A program made the position numbers and the translations under genes. This document shows positions 29,650 to 40,100 of a stretch of DNA of 64,000 nucleotides, piece by piece. Below the pieces are notes generated by a model. That model worked only from the letters and a program-made list of their open reading frames with translations. It made no database searches and had not been told where the DNA came from. Origin of the DNA: a virus; IMG/VR virus record IMGVR_UViG_3300050821_005524, positions 5,317-69,316 of that record. One strand, 5' to 3'. Position 1 is the stretch's first letter; each line of letters starts with the position of its first letter.

Positions 29650-32003
29650 TGCCTGGAGTGCTTCCCGTTGATAATCCTGGGCGGTTTGGTGCATGGGCAA
29701 ACGGGCCCATCAATGACCCAGCCGCTAGTGTGGCGCCCCCGCCTAGCGCGTCTTCCACACCAACAAGCGGTGGAGTTCTGTCGTCCCCGTTTGGTAATGT
29801 GAACACATTTGATGGAACTGGCGGAGCCGTCCCCGAAGGAAGCATCAGCAATCCCCTTGGTGGTGGGGGTGGCGCCCCCGGGGGCGGGGCCATAACCCCG
29901 AGTGGTGGCCCAGGGGGCCAAGTTGTGGGCGGATACGGCCCCACAATGGATGGCGGTCGCATGACCTCGCCAAATGTAGGGGCCAGCAACAACGGAGGCA
30001 GTTACGGGGTTGGCGGTCAGGGCCCGGGAGGGTTTGCTGGGCCGTCACCATACGGCCGCGTTAACTCGTTTGACGACGGCGGCGTTATAGACCCCGAGAG
30101 CGACAACGACGAAAACGACCAGCAGCTTGACCAGGGCGACCCTATGAGCGTCATCCAAAACTCCCTTGGGTGGGGCCGCCAGCAGATGGGCCTGCCTGCT
30201 AATTTCTTTGGGGACCAGCCGCAAGCGACGCCCGTGGGTGACGTGGTGGGAGGGCCGGGGAACTGGCCGGGTAATGGGCTGGCCGGGGCAGCAGGGCAGC
30301 AGAGCAACCAAGGCGCCATGCAGCAGCCAAGCCCGCTCGACCCTACCAACGTTATCCCCATGCCGAATATAAACAAGCGGCTGCAGGACACCGCGGGTAA
30401 GAGCTACGCCGACGGCGGCGTCATCCCGTCTCAGCCCGGCGACGATCAGCAGCAAGGTAACGGGGCACAGCTCCCCGACCCACGCAAGACCATGGCCTAC
30501 CTAGCCGGTGCCGGCAACATGCCGCCCGACGCCGCCATGGCGCTCGAGCAGCGCGTGGACCCGCAGGGGCAAATGGATCCGGCCGAACGCAAACTCTCCG
30601 CGGTCGCCGCCGCCGGTACCCCACAGGCACAGTTCAGCCTGCTGCAGCACTACCGTACCCGGTTCAACGCCTACAGCGCCGCAGCGCAGGCAGCGATGGA
30701 CCAGGGCAATATGGCGCTCGCCGCCCAGCACGCCACCAACGCCATGTCTAACGTGCCCAACGGTCATAGCGTGCAGTTCGCCCCGGCCAAAGGCGGCCTG
30801 ATGATGCAGTCCAAAAAGATTGGACAGCAGCAAGGGCTCGCGGAAGGTGGCGCGGTGGACGCTGACAACCCGTCTGTCGTTATGAGGTCGTACGAAGATG
30901 GCGGTCAAACGGAGGATGACGCCGATGAGAACCCGGGCGGGGTAATACCGACCCAGGATGCATCGGATACAGGCGGGGCAGAGCAGCCGGACACTTCTGC
31001 GGCGCCCACCCCCCCTGTAGATCAACCAGAAGATAGCGCAATGGGGGCCTTCACACGTGGAGCAGCCAACACAATGGCGCCCGTGGCACTTGCCGCCCAA
31101 TCAGCTAAAGGCCTGTTGCAAAAGGGGTGGGACTACCTAGTAGACAAATGGAACGCAGGACCCTCTACCGACCTCGGCAAGTCCATTAACGCCGCCGGAG
31201 GTGTAGGTGGGGCATTAAAGAGCGGTGTAAGCTCGTTGTTCGGTAACAACGCGGAAGTGCAAGCAGCCGTAAACGCTGACCAGCCGCAAACCGGATGGAA
31301 AGTACCACCGCAAGACCCGTCAGCCCCCCACCCCTCGTGGTTAAACACGGGAGGGCCGCAACTGTCCGGAGCTGGCAATCAGACGCCCCGCTCTGTACCG
31401 GGGTACAGAGGGGTGCCACAGGAACAGCAGCAACAGCCGTCCAACAACTTCGCGGCTTCGTTTCAACCTCGGCAGGGGGACCCGTTTGCGCAGCAATTCA
31501 ACGATCTGCGGCAGCAGGCCCAAGCCATGGGGCTGAGAGGCCCCGAGTTCCAGAAATACATGTTCGAGGGAATGAAGGACATACGGAACAACGCTGCCAG
31601 GCTCGAGCAGTCGAAAGCCATAGGGGGTATTCGTAGCGACATTGTCAATACACAACAGCAGCATGGTGATGCCCGTAATGCCCTAACGAATGCCACCCGT
31701 GCCGCCAATGCCGCGCTTGTGGTGAACGGTAGAGCAGCAGCGGCGGAGCTGCAAACCCCCCTTAGGTTGCTTCAGATACAAGCCAACAACCCGGGCACCG
31801 ATCTGAAAGAACTCCTGCCGCAAGCATCTGCCCTAGCAGCGAAACTGGGGGCAACACCCCAATCACTGATCCAGCAATTGCAGCAGCAGCCCATGCAGCA
31901 ACAGCAGCAAGGCGGCCAGCAAGCGCCCGAGAGCAAAACCGTCAACGGCAAAACGTATTACAACGTAAACGGGAAATGGTTTGATAACGCGGAAGGTCGG
32001 TAA
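29649..32003 (+). CDS. Internal virion (ejection) protein 2
   Basis: Low-complexity G/Q/P protein with repeated xxGGVI motifs. Confidence 0.65.
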   Translation: MPGVLPVDNPGRFGAWANGPINDPAASVAPPPSASSTPTSGGVLSSPFGNVNTFDGTGGAVPEGSISNPLGGGGGAPGGGAITPSGGPGGQVVGGYGPTMDGGRMTSPNVGASNNGGSYGVGGQGPGGFAGPSPYGRVNSFDDGGVIDPESDNDENDQQLDQGDPMSVIQNSLGWGRQQMGLPANFFGDQPQATPVGDVVGGPGNWPGNGLAGAAGQQSNQGAMQQPSPLDPTNVIPMPNINKRLQDTAGKSYADGGVIPSQPGDDQQQGNGAQLPDPRKTMAYLAGAGNMPPDAAMALEQRVDPQGQMDPAERKLSAVAAAGTPQAQFSLLQHYRTRFNAYSAAAQAAMDQGNMALAAQHATNAMSNVPNGHSVQFAPAKGGLMMQSKKIGQQQGLAEGGAVDADNPSVVMRSYEDGGQTEDDADENPGGVIPTQDASDTGGAEQPDTSAAPTPPVDQPEDSAMGAFTRGAANTMAPVALAAQSAKGLLQKGWDYLVDKWNAGPSTDLGKSINAAGGVGGALKSGVSSLFGNNAEVQAAVNADQPQTGWKVPPQDPSAPHPSWLNTGGPQLSGAGNQTPRSVPGYRGVPQEQQQQPSNNFAASFQPRQGDPFAQQFNDLRQQAQAMGLRGPEFQKYMFEGMKDIRNNAARLEQSKAIGGIRSDIVNTQQQHGDARNALTNATRAANAALVVNGRAAAAELQTPLRLLQIQANNPGTDLKELLPQASALAAKLGATPQSLIQQLQQQPMQQQQQGGQQAPESKTVNGKTYYNVNGKWFDNAEGR

Positions 32004-35000
32004 ATGCCCGAAGTATCCGACCCCGACATCCTCCAGCAACTCAATGGCGGTTCCAGCGGCGAGGTAACCGACCCCGACTTGCTGCGCCAATTAAACGGCG
32101 GAGGTGACGAGGACGAACCCTCTCCTGTAGGCTCGTTTGCCCGCGAGGGCGCACACTCCCTTGGTGCTGGCATCGGCGCCGGGTTGGGTATGGTCGGGGG
32201 TGCCGCCCTTGGCACCCTGGCTGCCCCGGTAACTGGTGGCCTAAGTGTGCCAGCGGGCGCTATCGCTGGTGGCGCTGCCGGCGGCATGGCGGGCCAAGCC
32301 ATGGAGGACTGGGCCTTAAACAAGCTAGGGCTCGCCCAGGGCACCGGACAGCTGTCCAACATTCAACGGCAGAAGGACATAGAAACTAACCCGCTGTCCT
32401 CGTTCAGTGGGGGGCTAGCCGGCAGCATCGGGGCGGGGTTCGGTGTTGGCGCCGGTGCGCGGGTCGGAGCGCGTGCGATCGGCGCGGGCATCCAGGGGTT
32501 GCTCGAGGGTGGCCAGGAGGCTTACCGCGGCGAGGACCTGGACCCGGCCAAGATCGGCCTAGCGGCGGGCGCTGGCGCGTTATTCGCCAAGCCTCGCGGG
32601 TGGGTGACCAATCTAGAAGGACGGCTAGGGAACGCTGCCGCTGGGTCTACAGAGGCCCCCGTACGGCCGCCCGACGCCAAGCCGGATCTGCCCGTACAGG
32701 AACCAGAGTTTAGCGGGGAAGCCACTGTTTCTGCGGAAGCCCAAACGGCCGAGGACAAAGCTGAAGTCGAAGCCACTGGTTCAGGCAAAAAGAGCGCGCC
32801 GTCCACCACGTCAATTTCCCAGGGAACCGCCACGGAACAGCCACCGATAACCGACAAGTACGCTGGCCAGCCCAAGGGCCAGGGTGCCATGCTGGAAAAC
32901 GAAGCCCTTGGGGGGCCGAACGGGCTTAAGGATGCTCTTAAATCAGCAAGGGGGGAAGCGACTCAACCCAACACCCTCCTCAGCACCAACGCTATCCACC
33001 CCGACATAGCGGCAACGTTCGAAAGCGAACCCAAACAATCCCCCGGCCACGCGCAGCCACTGCCACAGCGGGGGGCACAAACCTCTGTTACAATAAACGG
33101 GAGAAACGCGACGGCTGCGGGACCCGACCCGCAGCAAACCGCACAAATGGCTATCCAGGCAGCAAAGGAAGATGCTGGGCTGCTGCCGCCTGTGAACCCT
33201 CCCCCCGACACCGCCGGGCTGGCGCCCCCGCAGGGGCAGCCACACCCCGCAGAGGCTTTCTTCGGAGCTGTCAGGCAGGCGGCAGGCAAGCCGGAATTCG
33301 CCCAAGCTATAAAAGACGCCCACCCAGATTTGACAGGTCCGCAACTGTCTCTGGTCATGCGCGCAATCCAGCAAGCTGAGAGACGGCCCATCATTGAAAC
33401 CCCCATGCCATCAGGGGCAAATTCCGCGAGAGACCTTAACGGCCCTGTTTTTGTCAACAACGGCACGCCGCCAGAATTGTGGGCCCCCGTCGCAATTCAC
33501 GAAACAGTAGAAGGGGCCCTGGAGAAAGTCTTTGGAAAGGTGTACGACAACGCACATCCTGTAGCTCAAACCGCAGAGCGACTGGCGGTGGAAGCGGCAG
33601 GGGGCAACTGGGGGGAATACCAGAAAGCTTGGAAGGAACCGTTGGCACGGGCAGCCGCGCTTCCGCGCGACACCGTGCTGCCGAAAGTACCGCTCGCCAG
33701 CGACCCGTTCGCCGATATCGGTCACTACCATGTGCCGTCGCCGGATGAAGGGGTTGCCCAGGGGCCTGAAACAACCGCACAGCCGGAACACATTGAAACC
33801 GGCCTAGCTCCTAAAGAGCCCGACACGGGCATACCGTCCTTCCTGAAACGGAACCCGGATAACACGCTTGCCAACAAAGGCCGCGTATTGGACAAAAACT
33901 CCCCCGAGTTCAAGGCAGCGGCGGAGGCCGCGCTCCAGAGCGAAACTGGACGAGCGCCGATCGTCCCAAAGGAAACGCCGGCCGCCGAAGAAGGCCCAAA
34001 AGGCACTATAGACAACGGTGGCCTTATGGCAATGAAGCGCAGCGAGATGCCAAAGGAAAGTCTGGATGACGCCACGGAGCGCGTGAAGGAGGCCATCAGC
34101 AAGAAAGCTGGCTTCCCCCCTGCCACCGAAGAAGCCATTAAAAAAAGCAAGGCGTCAACAGCCGCGGACGATTTAAAGGCTGGCATCGCGCCCCAACGCA
34201 CACGTGACACGGTGGAAGGCTGGCTGAAGGATAACCCCGTCACCCGGCTATTCAGCCCCACGTCCATGGGGGAAGGAGCTAAGGCCGCGGCCGGTATCAT
34301 CCGCGAGGCCAACGGCATTAACGCACGCCAGATCGCCATCGCCTCGAACCGCATGGAGCCCATGCGCGCCCTTGTCAACGCCCTCCCGGAACAAGCACGT
34401 GTTGACTTCATGAAGGCGGTCGACACTGGAAAGAAGGTGGACTACCTGCCCCAGCTGCAGCCGTTGGCCGAAACCATGCGCAGCACGTTCGCCACCATCA
34501 AGACCGAGCTGCAGAACCTGCACGGGCTGGAGAAGCAGGAGTTTGTCGAGAACTTCTTCCCGCACATGTTCAAACGCGATACCGCCGATGACGCGATAGC
34601 CGCGGACACATTCGCGAAGTCTTGGTTCTCCAAACAGGGGTCCACGGCTAGCCTGCACCACCGTAAATTTCCCACCCTCCAGGACGGATTGAACGCCGGG
34701 CTCAAGCTCGCCTCCACCGATCCGGTCGATGTTACCATGCGCTACATGGGCAGCATGCGCAACTTCATCGAGGCCAAGAACATCCTGCAGGCTGGCAAGG
34801 ATCAGGGGTTCATCAAGACGTTCAAGAACTCGCGCATGGGCGCCTCGGGCAATCCGGAGGGTGATAAGATCCCATTCGGATACGTGGCGCTCAAGGGACG
34901 TGGGTCCACCGGTCCAGAGGGAAGCCTCTACGCGCCGGCCGACTTCGCGGAGATTTATAACAACTACCTGGACCAGGGTTTCCACTCCACCGAGACGGGA

Positions 35001-36419
35001 GCACGCCTCTACAACGCTCTGCAGAACACGAGCAACGCCGTTACCGCGCTGGAACTCGGGTTCTCGGGGTACCACGCTTTCACCATGGCGAAGGAAGCCA
35101 TCATCCATCAGGTAGCGGAAGGGCTGTCCCGGGCCATGAGTGGCGATGTAGCGGGCGGCCTTGCCAAAATCGGCAAAGCCCCAGCAGCACCGTACACCCT
35201 GGCGAAGGCCGGGGCTGACCCCCTGAAAGCGTACCTTGACCCCGGCGCCAACGTTTCCCCCGAACTACGCAAGACGGTGGACTTGATTACACGCTCGGGC
35301 GGCCGTATGCAGGGATTCCGGCAAGACCCCACATACAAGTTTTCAGAGATGGGATCGTTCTTTACCGCCTGGAAGCGCGGTGCCCTCGCCCAGCAGCTGG
35401 CGGACGCCAAGGACCGTATACAAACGGAATGGACCGGAAGGGCCAACACCCTTGGAGGCGTTGCCAACACCGGCCTGCAAACCGGCAAAGAGCTGTTCCG
35501 CACCGTGGGGCGCGCCATGCAGACCGTGGCGCAGCCCACCTTCGAACATTACATCCCCGCACTCAAGAATGGCGCGTTCACCGAAACACTGGGAGAGTGG
35601 CTGCGCAATAACCCAGATGCGACAGACGCGGAACAGGTCGCCATGGCCCGAAAGATCGGCGACAGCGTGGACAACCGCTTTGGCGAGATGGTCCAAAGCA
35701 ATATCTTCTGGAAGGCCCAGCTCAAGCAGAGCATGCAGCTAGCCATGCGGTCGTACTCATGGAACCTTGGCACCGTGCGCGAGATCGGCGGCGGCGCTGC
35801 CAGCCTGGCCAGCAGTAACCCCCTCAAGCGCTTAAACATGAAATCCAACGACTATGACCCTCGGGCGGCCTACGTGGTCGCCATGCCGATCGTGGTCGCG
35901 GCCGCTTCATCCGTGTACCAGTTCCTTAAAACCGGCGAAATGCCAAAAGATACCACGGACCTCCTGGCGGGGCGTACGGGAGGGAAGACACAGTCGGGAA
36001 CGCCGGAGCGAGCCATGCTGCCCGGGTACGAGAAGGACGTGTACGGGTGGTTCCACGACCCCAAGCAGGAGGCGATTAACAAGATAGCAACCGCACCGCG
36101 CCTTGTGTGGGAGACGCTGGCCAACAAGGACTACGCGGGGCATGACATAGCGGATCCTAGGGACCCGTTGGCTAAACGGCTCAAGGACTACGGCGCACAC
36201 GTCTACAACAGCCTAGGACCCATATCGCTTAAGCAAATGACCCAGGGCGAAAAGAAGGGGTCAAACATCACATTCCCCGAACGCGCCACGGCGATCCGGC
36301 CGGCACCGCCGTGGTTGCAGGAGCCCGAACGTATCCAGCATGGCGCCGACGCAGCGGCCAAGCGCGAGATGGCGGCCAAGAAAAAGTTTGAACAGCACCA
36401 ACAGAACCTATACAAATAG
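32004..36419 (+). CDS. Large internal virion (ejection) protein 3
   Basis: 1471 aa; duplicated EV(S/T)DPD.L.QLNGG N-terminus, glycine-zipper hydrophobic segments, helical C-terminal half. Confidence 0.7.
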   Translation: MPEVSDPDILQQLNGGSSGEVTDPDLLRQLNGGGDEDEPSPVGSFAREGAHSLGAGIGAGLGMVGGAALGTLAAPVTGGLSVPAGAIAGGAAGGMAGQAMEDWALNKLGLAQGTGQLSNIQRQKDIETNPLSSFSGGLAGSIGAGFGVGAGARVGARAIGAGIQGLLEGGQEAYRGEDLDPAKIGLAAGAGALFAKPRGWVTNLEGRLGNAAAGSTEAPVRPPDAKPDLPVQEPEFSGEATVSAEAQTAEDKAEVEATGSGKKSAPSTTSISQGTATEQPPITDKYAGQPKGQGAMLENEALGGPNGLKDALKSARGEATQPNTLLSTNAIHPDIAATFESEPKQSPGHAQPLPQRGAQTSVTINGRNATAAGPDPQQTAQMAIQAAKEDAGLLPPVNPPPDTAGLAPPQGQPHPAEAFFGAVRQAAGKPEFAQAIKDAHPDLTGPQLSLVMRAIQQAERRPIIETPMPSGANSARDLNGPVFVNNGTPPELWAPVAIHETVEGALEKVFGKVYDNAHPVAQTAERLAVEAAGGNWGEYQKAWKEPLARAAALPRDTVLPKVPLASDPFADIGHYHVPSPDEGVAQGPETTAQPEHIETGLAPKEPDTGIPSFLKRNPDNTLANKGRVLDKNSPEFKAAAEAALQSETGRAPIVPKETPAAEEGPKGTIDNGGLMAMKRSEMPKESLDDATERVKEAISKKAGFPPATEEAIKKSKASTAADDLKAGIAPQRTRDTVEGWLKDNPVTRLFSPTSMGEGAKAAAGIIREANGINARQIAIASNRMEPMRALVNALPEQARVDFMKAVDTGKKVDYLPQLQPLAETMRSTFATIKTELQNLHGLEKQEFVENFFPHMFKRDTADDAIAADTFAKSWFSKQGSTASLHHRKFPTLQDGLNAGLKLASTDPVDVTMRYMGSMRNFIEAKNILQAGKDQGFIKTFKNSRMGASGNPEGDKIPFGYVALKGRGSTGPEGSLYAPADFAEIYNNYLDQGFHSTETGARLYNALQNTSNAVTALELGFSGYHAFTMAKEAIIHQVAEGLSRAMSGDVAGGLAKIGKAPAAPYTLAKAGADPLKAYLDPGANVSPELRKTVDLITRSGGRMQGFRQDPTYKFSEMGSFFTAWKRGALAQQLADAKDRIQTEWTGRANTLGGVANTGLQTGKELFRTVGRAMQTVAQPTFEHYIPALKNGAFTETLGEWLRNNPDATDAEQVAMARKIGDSVDNRFGEMVQSNIFWKAQLKQSMQLAMRSYSWNLGTVREIGGGAASLASSNPLKRLNMKSNDYDPRAAYVVAMPIVVAAASSVYQFLKTGEMPKDTTDLLAGRTGGKTQSGTPERAMLPGYEKDVYGWFHDPKQEAINKIATAPRLVWETLANKDYAGHDIADPRDPLAKRLKDYGAHVYNSLGPISLKQMTQGEKKGSNITFPERATAIRPAPPWLQEPERIQHGADAAAKREMAAKKKFEQHQQNLYK

Positions 36420-36423
36420 CCAC

Positions 36424-36792
36424 ATGCCCTTCAAAAAGCTAGGCGACGACGACTACACCGGCCCATCGGGTAAACACTTCGATAAGGCACAGGTGAGACT
36501 ATACTATGCAAATGGCGGCAAATTCCCAGGCCAGCAGGCCCATGCAGGAGGCGGCACCGTGAATAAAGGCTATCAAGGCAAAGTTGAAAGTTTCGCCGCT
36601 GGCGGGCAAGTGCTTGGGCGCACTAGGGATTTCATGAAAATCCCCGACCAATTCACGGACGGTCGCATGCCGCCCAAGGACAAGGGCAGCCCGGACGACC
36701 CGCCCCAGGAGTACACCAAAACCGGTAAGGGCGGAAAGATGTCCAAGATAACCGGGGACAAGGAGCTTCCTTGTAAGAAACCAAGAACTTAG
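36424..36792 (+). CDS. Small basic Gly-rich protein
   Basis: MPFKK...YTGPSGKHF..AQVRLYYANGG; FAAGGQV motif. Confidence 0.65.
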   Translation: MPFKKLGDDDYTGPSGKHFDKAQVRLYYANGGKFPGQQAHAGGGTVNKGYQGKVESFAAGGQVLGRTRDFMKIPDQFTDGRMPPKDKGSPDDPPQEYTKTGKGGKMSKITGDKELPCKKPRT

Positions 36793-36833
36793 AGGGGTAA
36801 CCGACATGTGCGGTGGCAGTCGCGTAATCTGAA

Positions 36834-37028
36834 ATGGGCGATAAGGTATCCCACGCGGTAGCCAGCTACGGGCCCGGGCACAAGGACGGCGAACATTGTG
36901 CTAACTGCCTGTATTTCCAGCGTTTTCCACTCTCACAGACAAATTCCTGCAGGAAAGTGGAAAACCCAATAAGTTCAATAGGTTGGTGCCGGTTTTTCGA
37001 AAACGAGGCGCCCTCTTCCAAGTCGTAA
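36834..37028 (+). CDS. HiPIP-like four-cysteine protein
   Basis: Y-x8-CANCLYF...CRKVENPISSIGWC. Confidence 0.6.
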   Translation: MGDKVSHAVASYGPGHKDGEHCANCLYFQRFPLSQTNSCRKVENPISSIGWCRFFENEAPSSKS

Positions 37029-37035
37029 CTGTCCT

Positions 37036-37069
37036 ATGGTAGGCTCCTCCCGTGTGGAGGAGCCGCCAT
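37036..37069. terminator. Strong hairpin between the convergent arms
   Basis: GGCTCCTCC-cgtgt-GGAGGAGCC extended by ATGGT/GCCAT; no U-tract. Confidence 0.45.
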
Positions 37070-37152
37070 GCGCAAAGCCCGTAGAAAAGCCCACCCGGAC
37101 GTAGGTACAGACCCGTGGGAGTGCGGGGTCGACCCATGGGAAGGCTTTGATA

Positions 37153-40100
37153 TCATTGCCGAAGACTTCCCATGGGCAGCGGCAGCACCAGCTGGTCAGG
37201 GTCTACGGCCACGGGCTCGACATGGGGCGAAGCTCCGTTCCCATTAAGCTTGGCCACAGGTTCATCCTCCGTGGCAACTGGCCGCATGTCCATGGGGGCG
37301 TTCATAAACAGCAGGCCCTCGAACGGTGACCCCTCGGGAACGTGGAAAACGAGTACGGTTTCCCGCCCCCCAGGCACCCCGGAGCCAGCAGACAAATCCA
37401 CCTTCTCCATCACCCGAGCGTGGAAGTGTGTTTTCAACCCCGCGACAACCCCGTCGGGGGTGATCTGGTTGCGATGCAGCCAGTCCCGCAACTTGCTACG
37501 GGACACCTCGATCAGCCGGTCGGCCTGCGATATCCGCGCCTGGATCGCGTACGGCCGGTCCCTGGTGGGGCCGGAAATATAAGCAATGGCGGCGGGATAG
37601 CCCTTCCGCTTCGCCGGCAGGTGGTGGACGGTGAGAACGTTCTGCACGATGCCCTTGATGAACTGGGTGAACATGCTGACGGTGTTGTCCGCAGTCCCCA
37701 GCACCGTGTTCGACCCCTTGATCATGCTGCGCTGCGCGAAATACTGCTCCTTGAGGAAATCCCACATTTCGGGCAGGTGGAAGCTGCAGCCCAGCTGATT
37801 GGCCAAGGACGCCCCGGCGAACGTCGCCGCGGCCATGGCGGAACGGAACCGCTCCGGAGACACGTGGTCCACTTCCTTGTTGAACTTGTCATGTATCTTC
37901 TCGACGTACTGGGCGATGCCGGCGGGGTCGCGCCCCAGCATACCACTGTACAGCAGCCCCATGTGCCCGTAGTTGTAGTCTAGGGACTTCTGCAACTTTG
38001 CCGCGTAGTTGGCGTCCACGCTATCCGGCCGCGGGGGGACGATAAACTCGAACACCCGCTGCAGCTTGGCGTCCGTGGTCTGCACGTTACGCAGGATATT
38101 CTCGTAGAGAGACTGGTTCGACCCCACCAGCATTAGGGTCTGCCAGGCCTCCTTGCTGAACAGCGTCCGGTCCTGATGGAGCTTGGTGCCGTCGCTGCCC
38201 TCACTGAGGTAGTTCACGATCTCGCGCACCTCGTCCATGTGCTCGATCTCGCTGACCTCGTCCAGGTAAACCGGCAGGTTCCGGATGTGGCCGGCGGTGC
38301 GCAGCAGGCCCTTCTTGGAAGATATCGGGCGTTCCTTGGTCAGCACCGGGCACCCCCACACCGCGGCACCCATATCGATGCTCGTGCTCTTGTGAGTGCC
38401 GGCACCAGGGGAGTGGGAACAGAAGACTCCGTTGTATTGGTTGGTGAAGGCCATGAGGGGGGCACCGAACGCCACCGCCATGATGACCTCGATGGGGGGG
38501 TGGCACTGGTCGGTAACGACCTTGAGCAAGAGCCGCCACGGCTCCTCGGAGCCCTTGGGCTTGTAGACCGCCTCTATCTGCGGGTCGGAGAAACCAGCTG
38601 CTTGCTCCATGCCGTTCGACAGTATCACCTTGCCACCGTAGGCGAAGCCGATCGGCTCGACGCCGCCCTCCTCCTTGCGGAGCCACCCAAAGGATACCGT
38701 GTTGATACGGGCCTTGGCCGCGTCAAGTTTCGCCGTGAATGATGTCATGAATTGCACCAGATATTTTTGGTTGTCGGGATAGGGTTTGCAACCGTGGGTA
38801 CGCAGAGCCTTGACCAGGGTCTGCTCGGTCGCCAGGTCCGTCTCGTACAGGGATACCGGCCCCCAGTGGTCCCCGTCGAGCGAGGTCTCGAACATGATCT
38901 TGCGGTTGCCCCGTTGCAAGATTGGATTGCGGATCTTGCTCATAAAAAGGGGGGCCAACTCGTCGAACGTGGCACCGCCCGGCAGGGTCTTGGTTACAAC
39001 TTTGCAGATCCACCCGTCTTTCGGGCGCACCGTGTAGCCGTCCGGTAGGGGGGGATCATCGGGTCCTTGAATTTGGGCGGGTTCCCTAGGCGCCGGCACA
39101 CGTCCAGCCACCAGATTAAGAGGCGATCGTACATCTCCGCGGAAAGGGCAAGTTTTGCAGTTCGCCCCAGCCGCCTCAAACGCCTGGCAGGAGGGCCAGC
39201 CAGTGCCTCTTTCCCGGGCGCTAAGCTTCTGGTCGTATTTCGTGTCTGTCGTTTCTTTGCCATAATCCGGGTGTCCTTCCGATAGGGTGTGCGCCCACTG
39301 CCGCCCACGCTCGAACCACGTAGCCCCCAGGAGCGTCAGGGCCCACAGGGGCTCGCCGTGGCTCTTCCCCCTGGTGACCAGGGCGTCCCGATAATGAACG
39401 CAGCCCTTGAGCACGGCTGTGGGGTTCAGAGGGGTCTCGGGGGGCCCATGGTCTATACCCACCGACAGGCTGTCGGCCTTGGGGTCTAACCCCTGGAAGG
39501 CCTTCGCCATGCCCTGGCTGGCCCAGACAGGGGGGACTACGGTAGTGGGTACAGTGGCAGATTGTATTCCCTTGTCTGCGACCAAGCTGGCCAGAGTTCG
39601 CATAAAGTCGTAAGCTGGTCCGAGGTGAGCAAGCCTAACCAGCTTCGGCGTCTCCCCTTTATTGTTATACGTTCCAGGCACACGGAGCAACCTTGCGGCG
39701 TCGGTTGTAATACCAGCGTCGCAATGCAGCCCAAATCGAAGGGCTGCGGCCTTGAGGCCTTCGGCGTACGGGCGCCACCCTTCTTGGGTGAGGACAGTTT
39801 TACTAATCCAGTAGGCGTGGAAACCGCCACCGCCTGAGAAGATAAGCGCTGAAGGCGGGGGTAAAGCGCATCCAGCGCAAAACGCTGTAAGGGCGTGAAG
39901 GGCTTCTTTCGCGGTGCCATAGTTCTTCTCCGGGTTACCGGGTTTAACGTCCACATCCAGCCAAATCGCCTTCAGATGGGTCGCACACTCTTTTGTGCGA
40001 GCAGCGGTGGGGGCGTTGTTATAGAGCTTCCCCACCGCACTCTGCCGAGACAAGCAAAAGTAAATATCCTTGAACATGGTCGCCCGGTTATCGGCAAACC

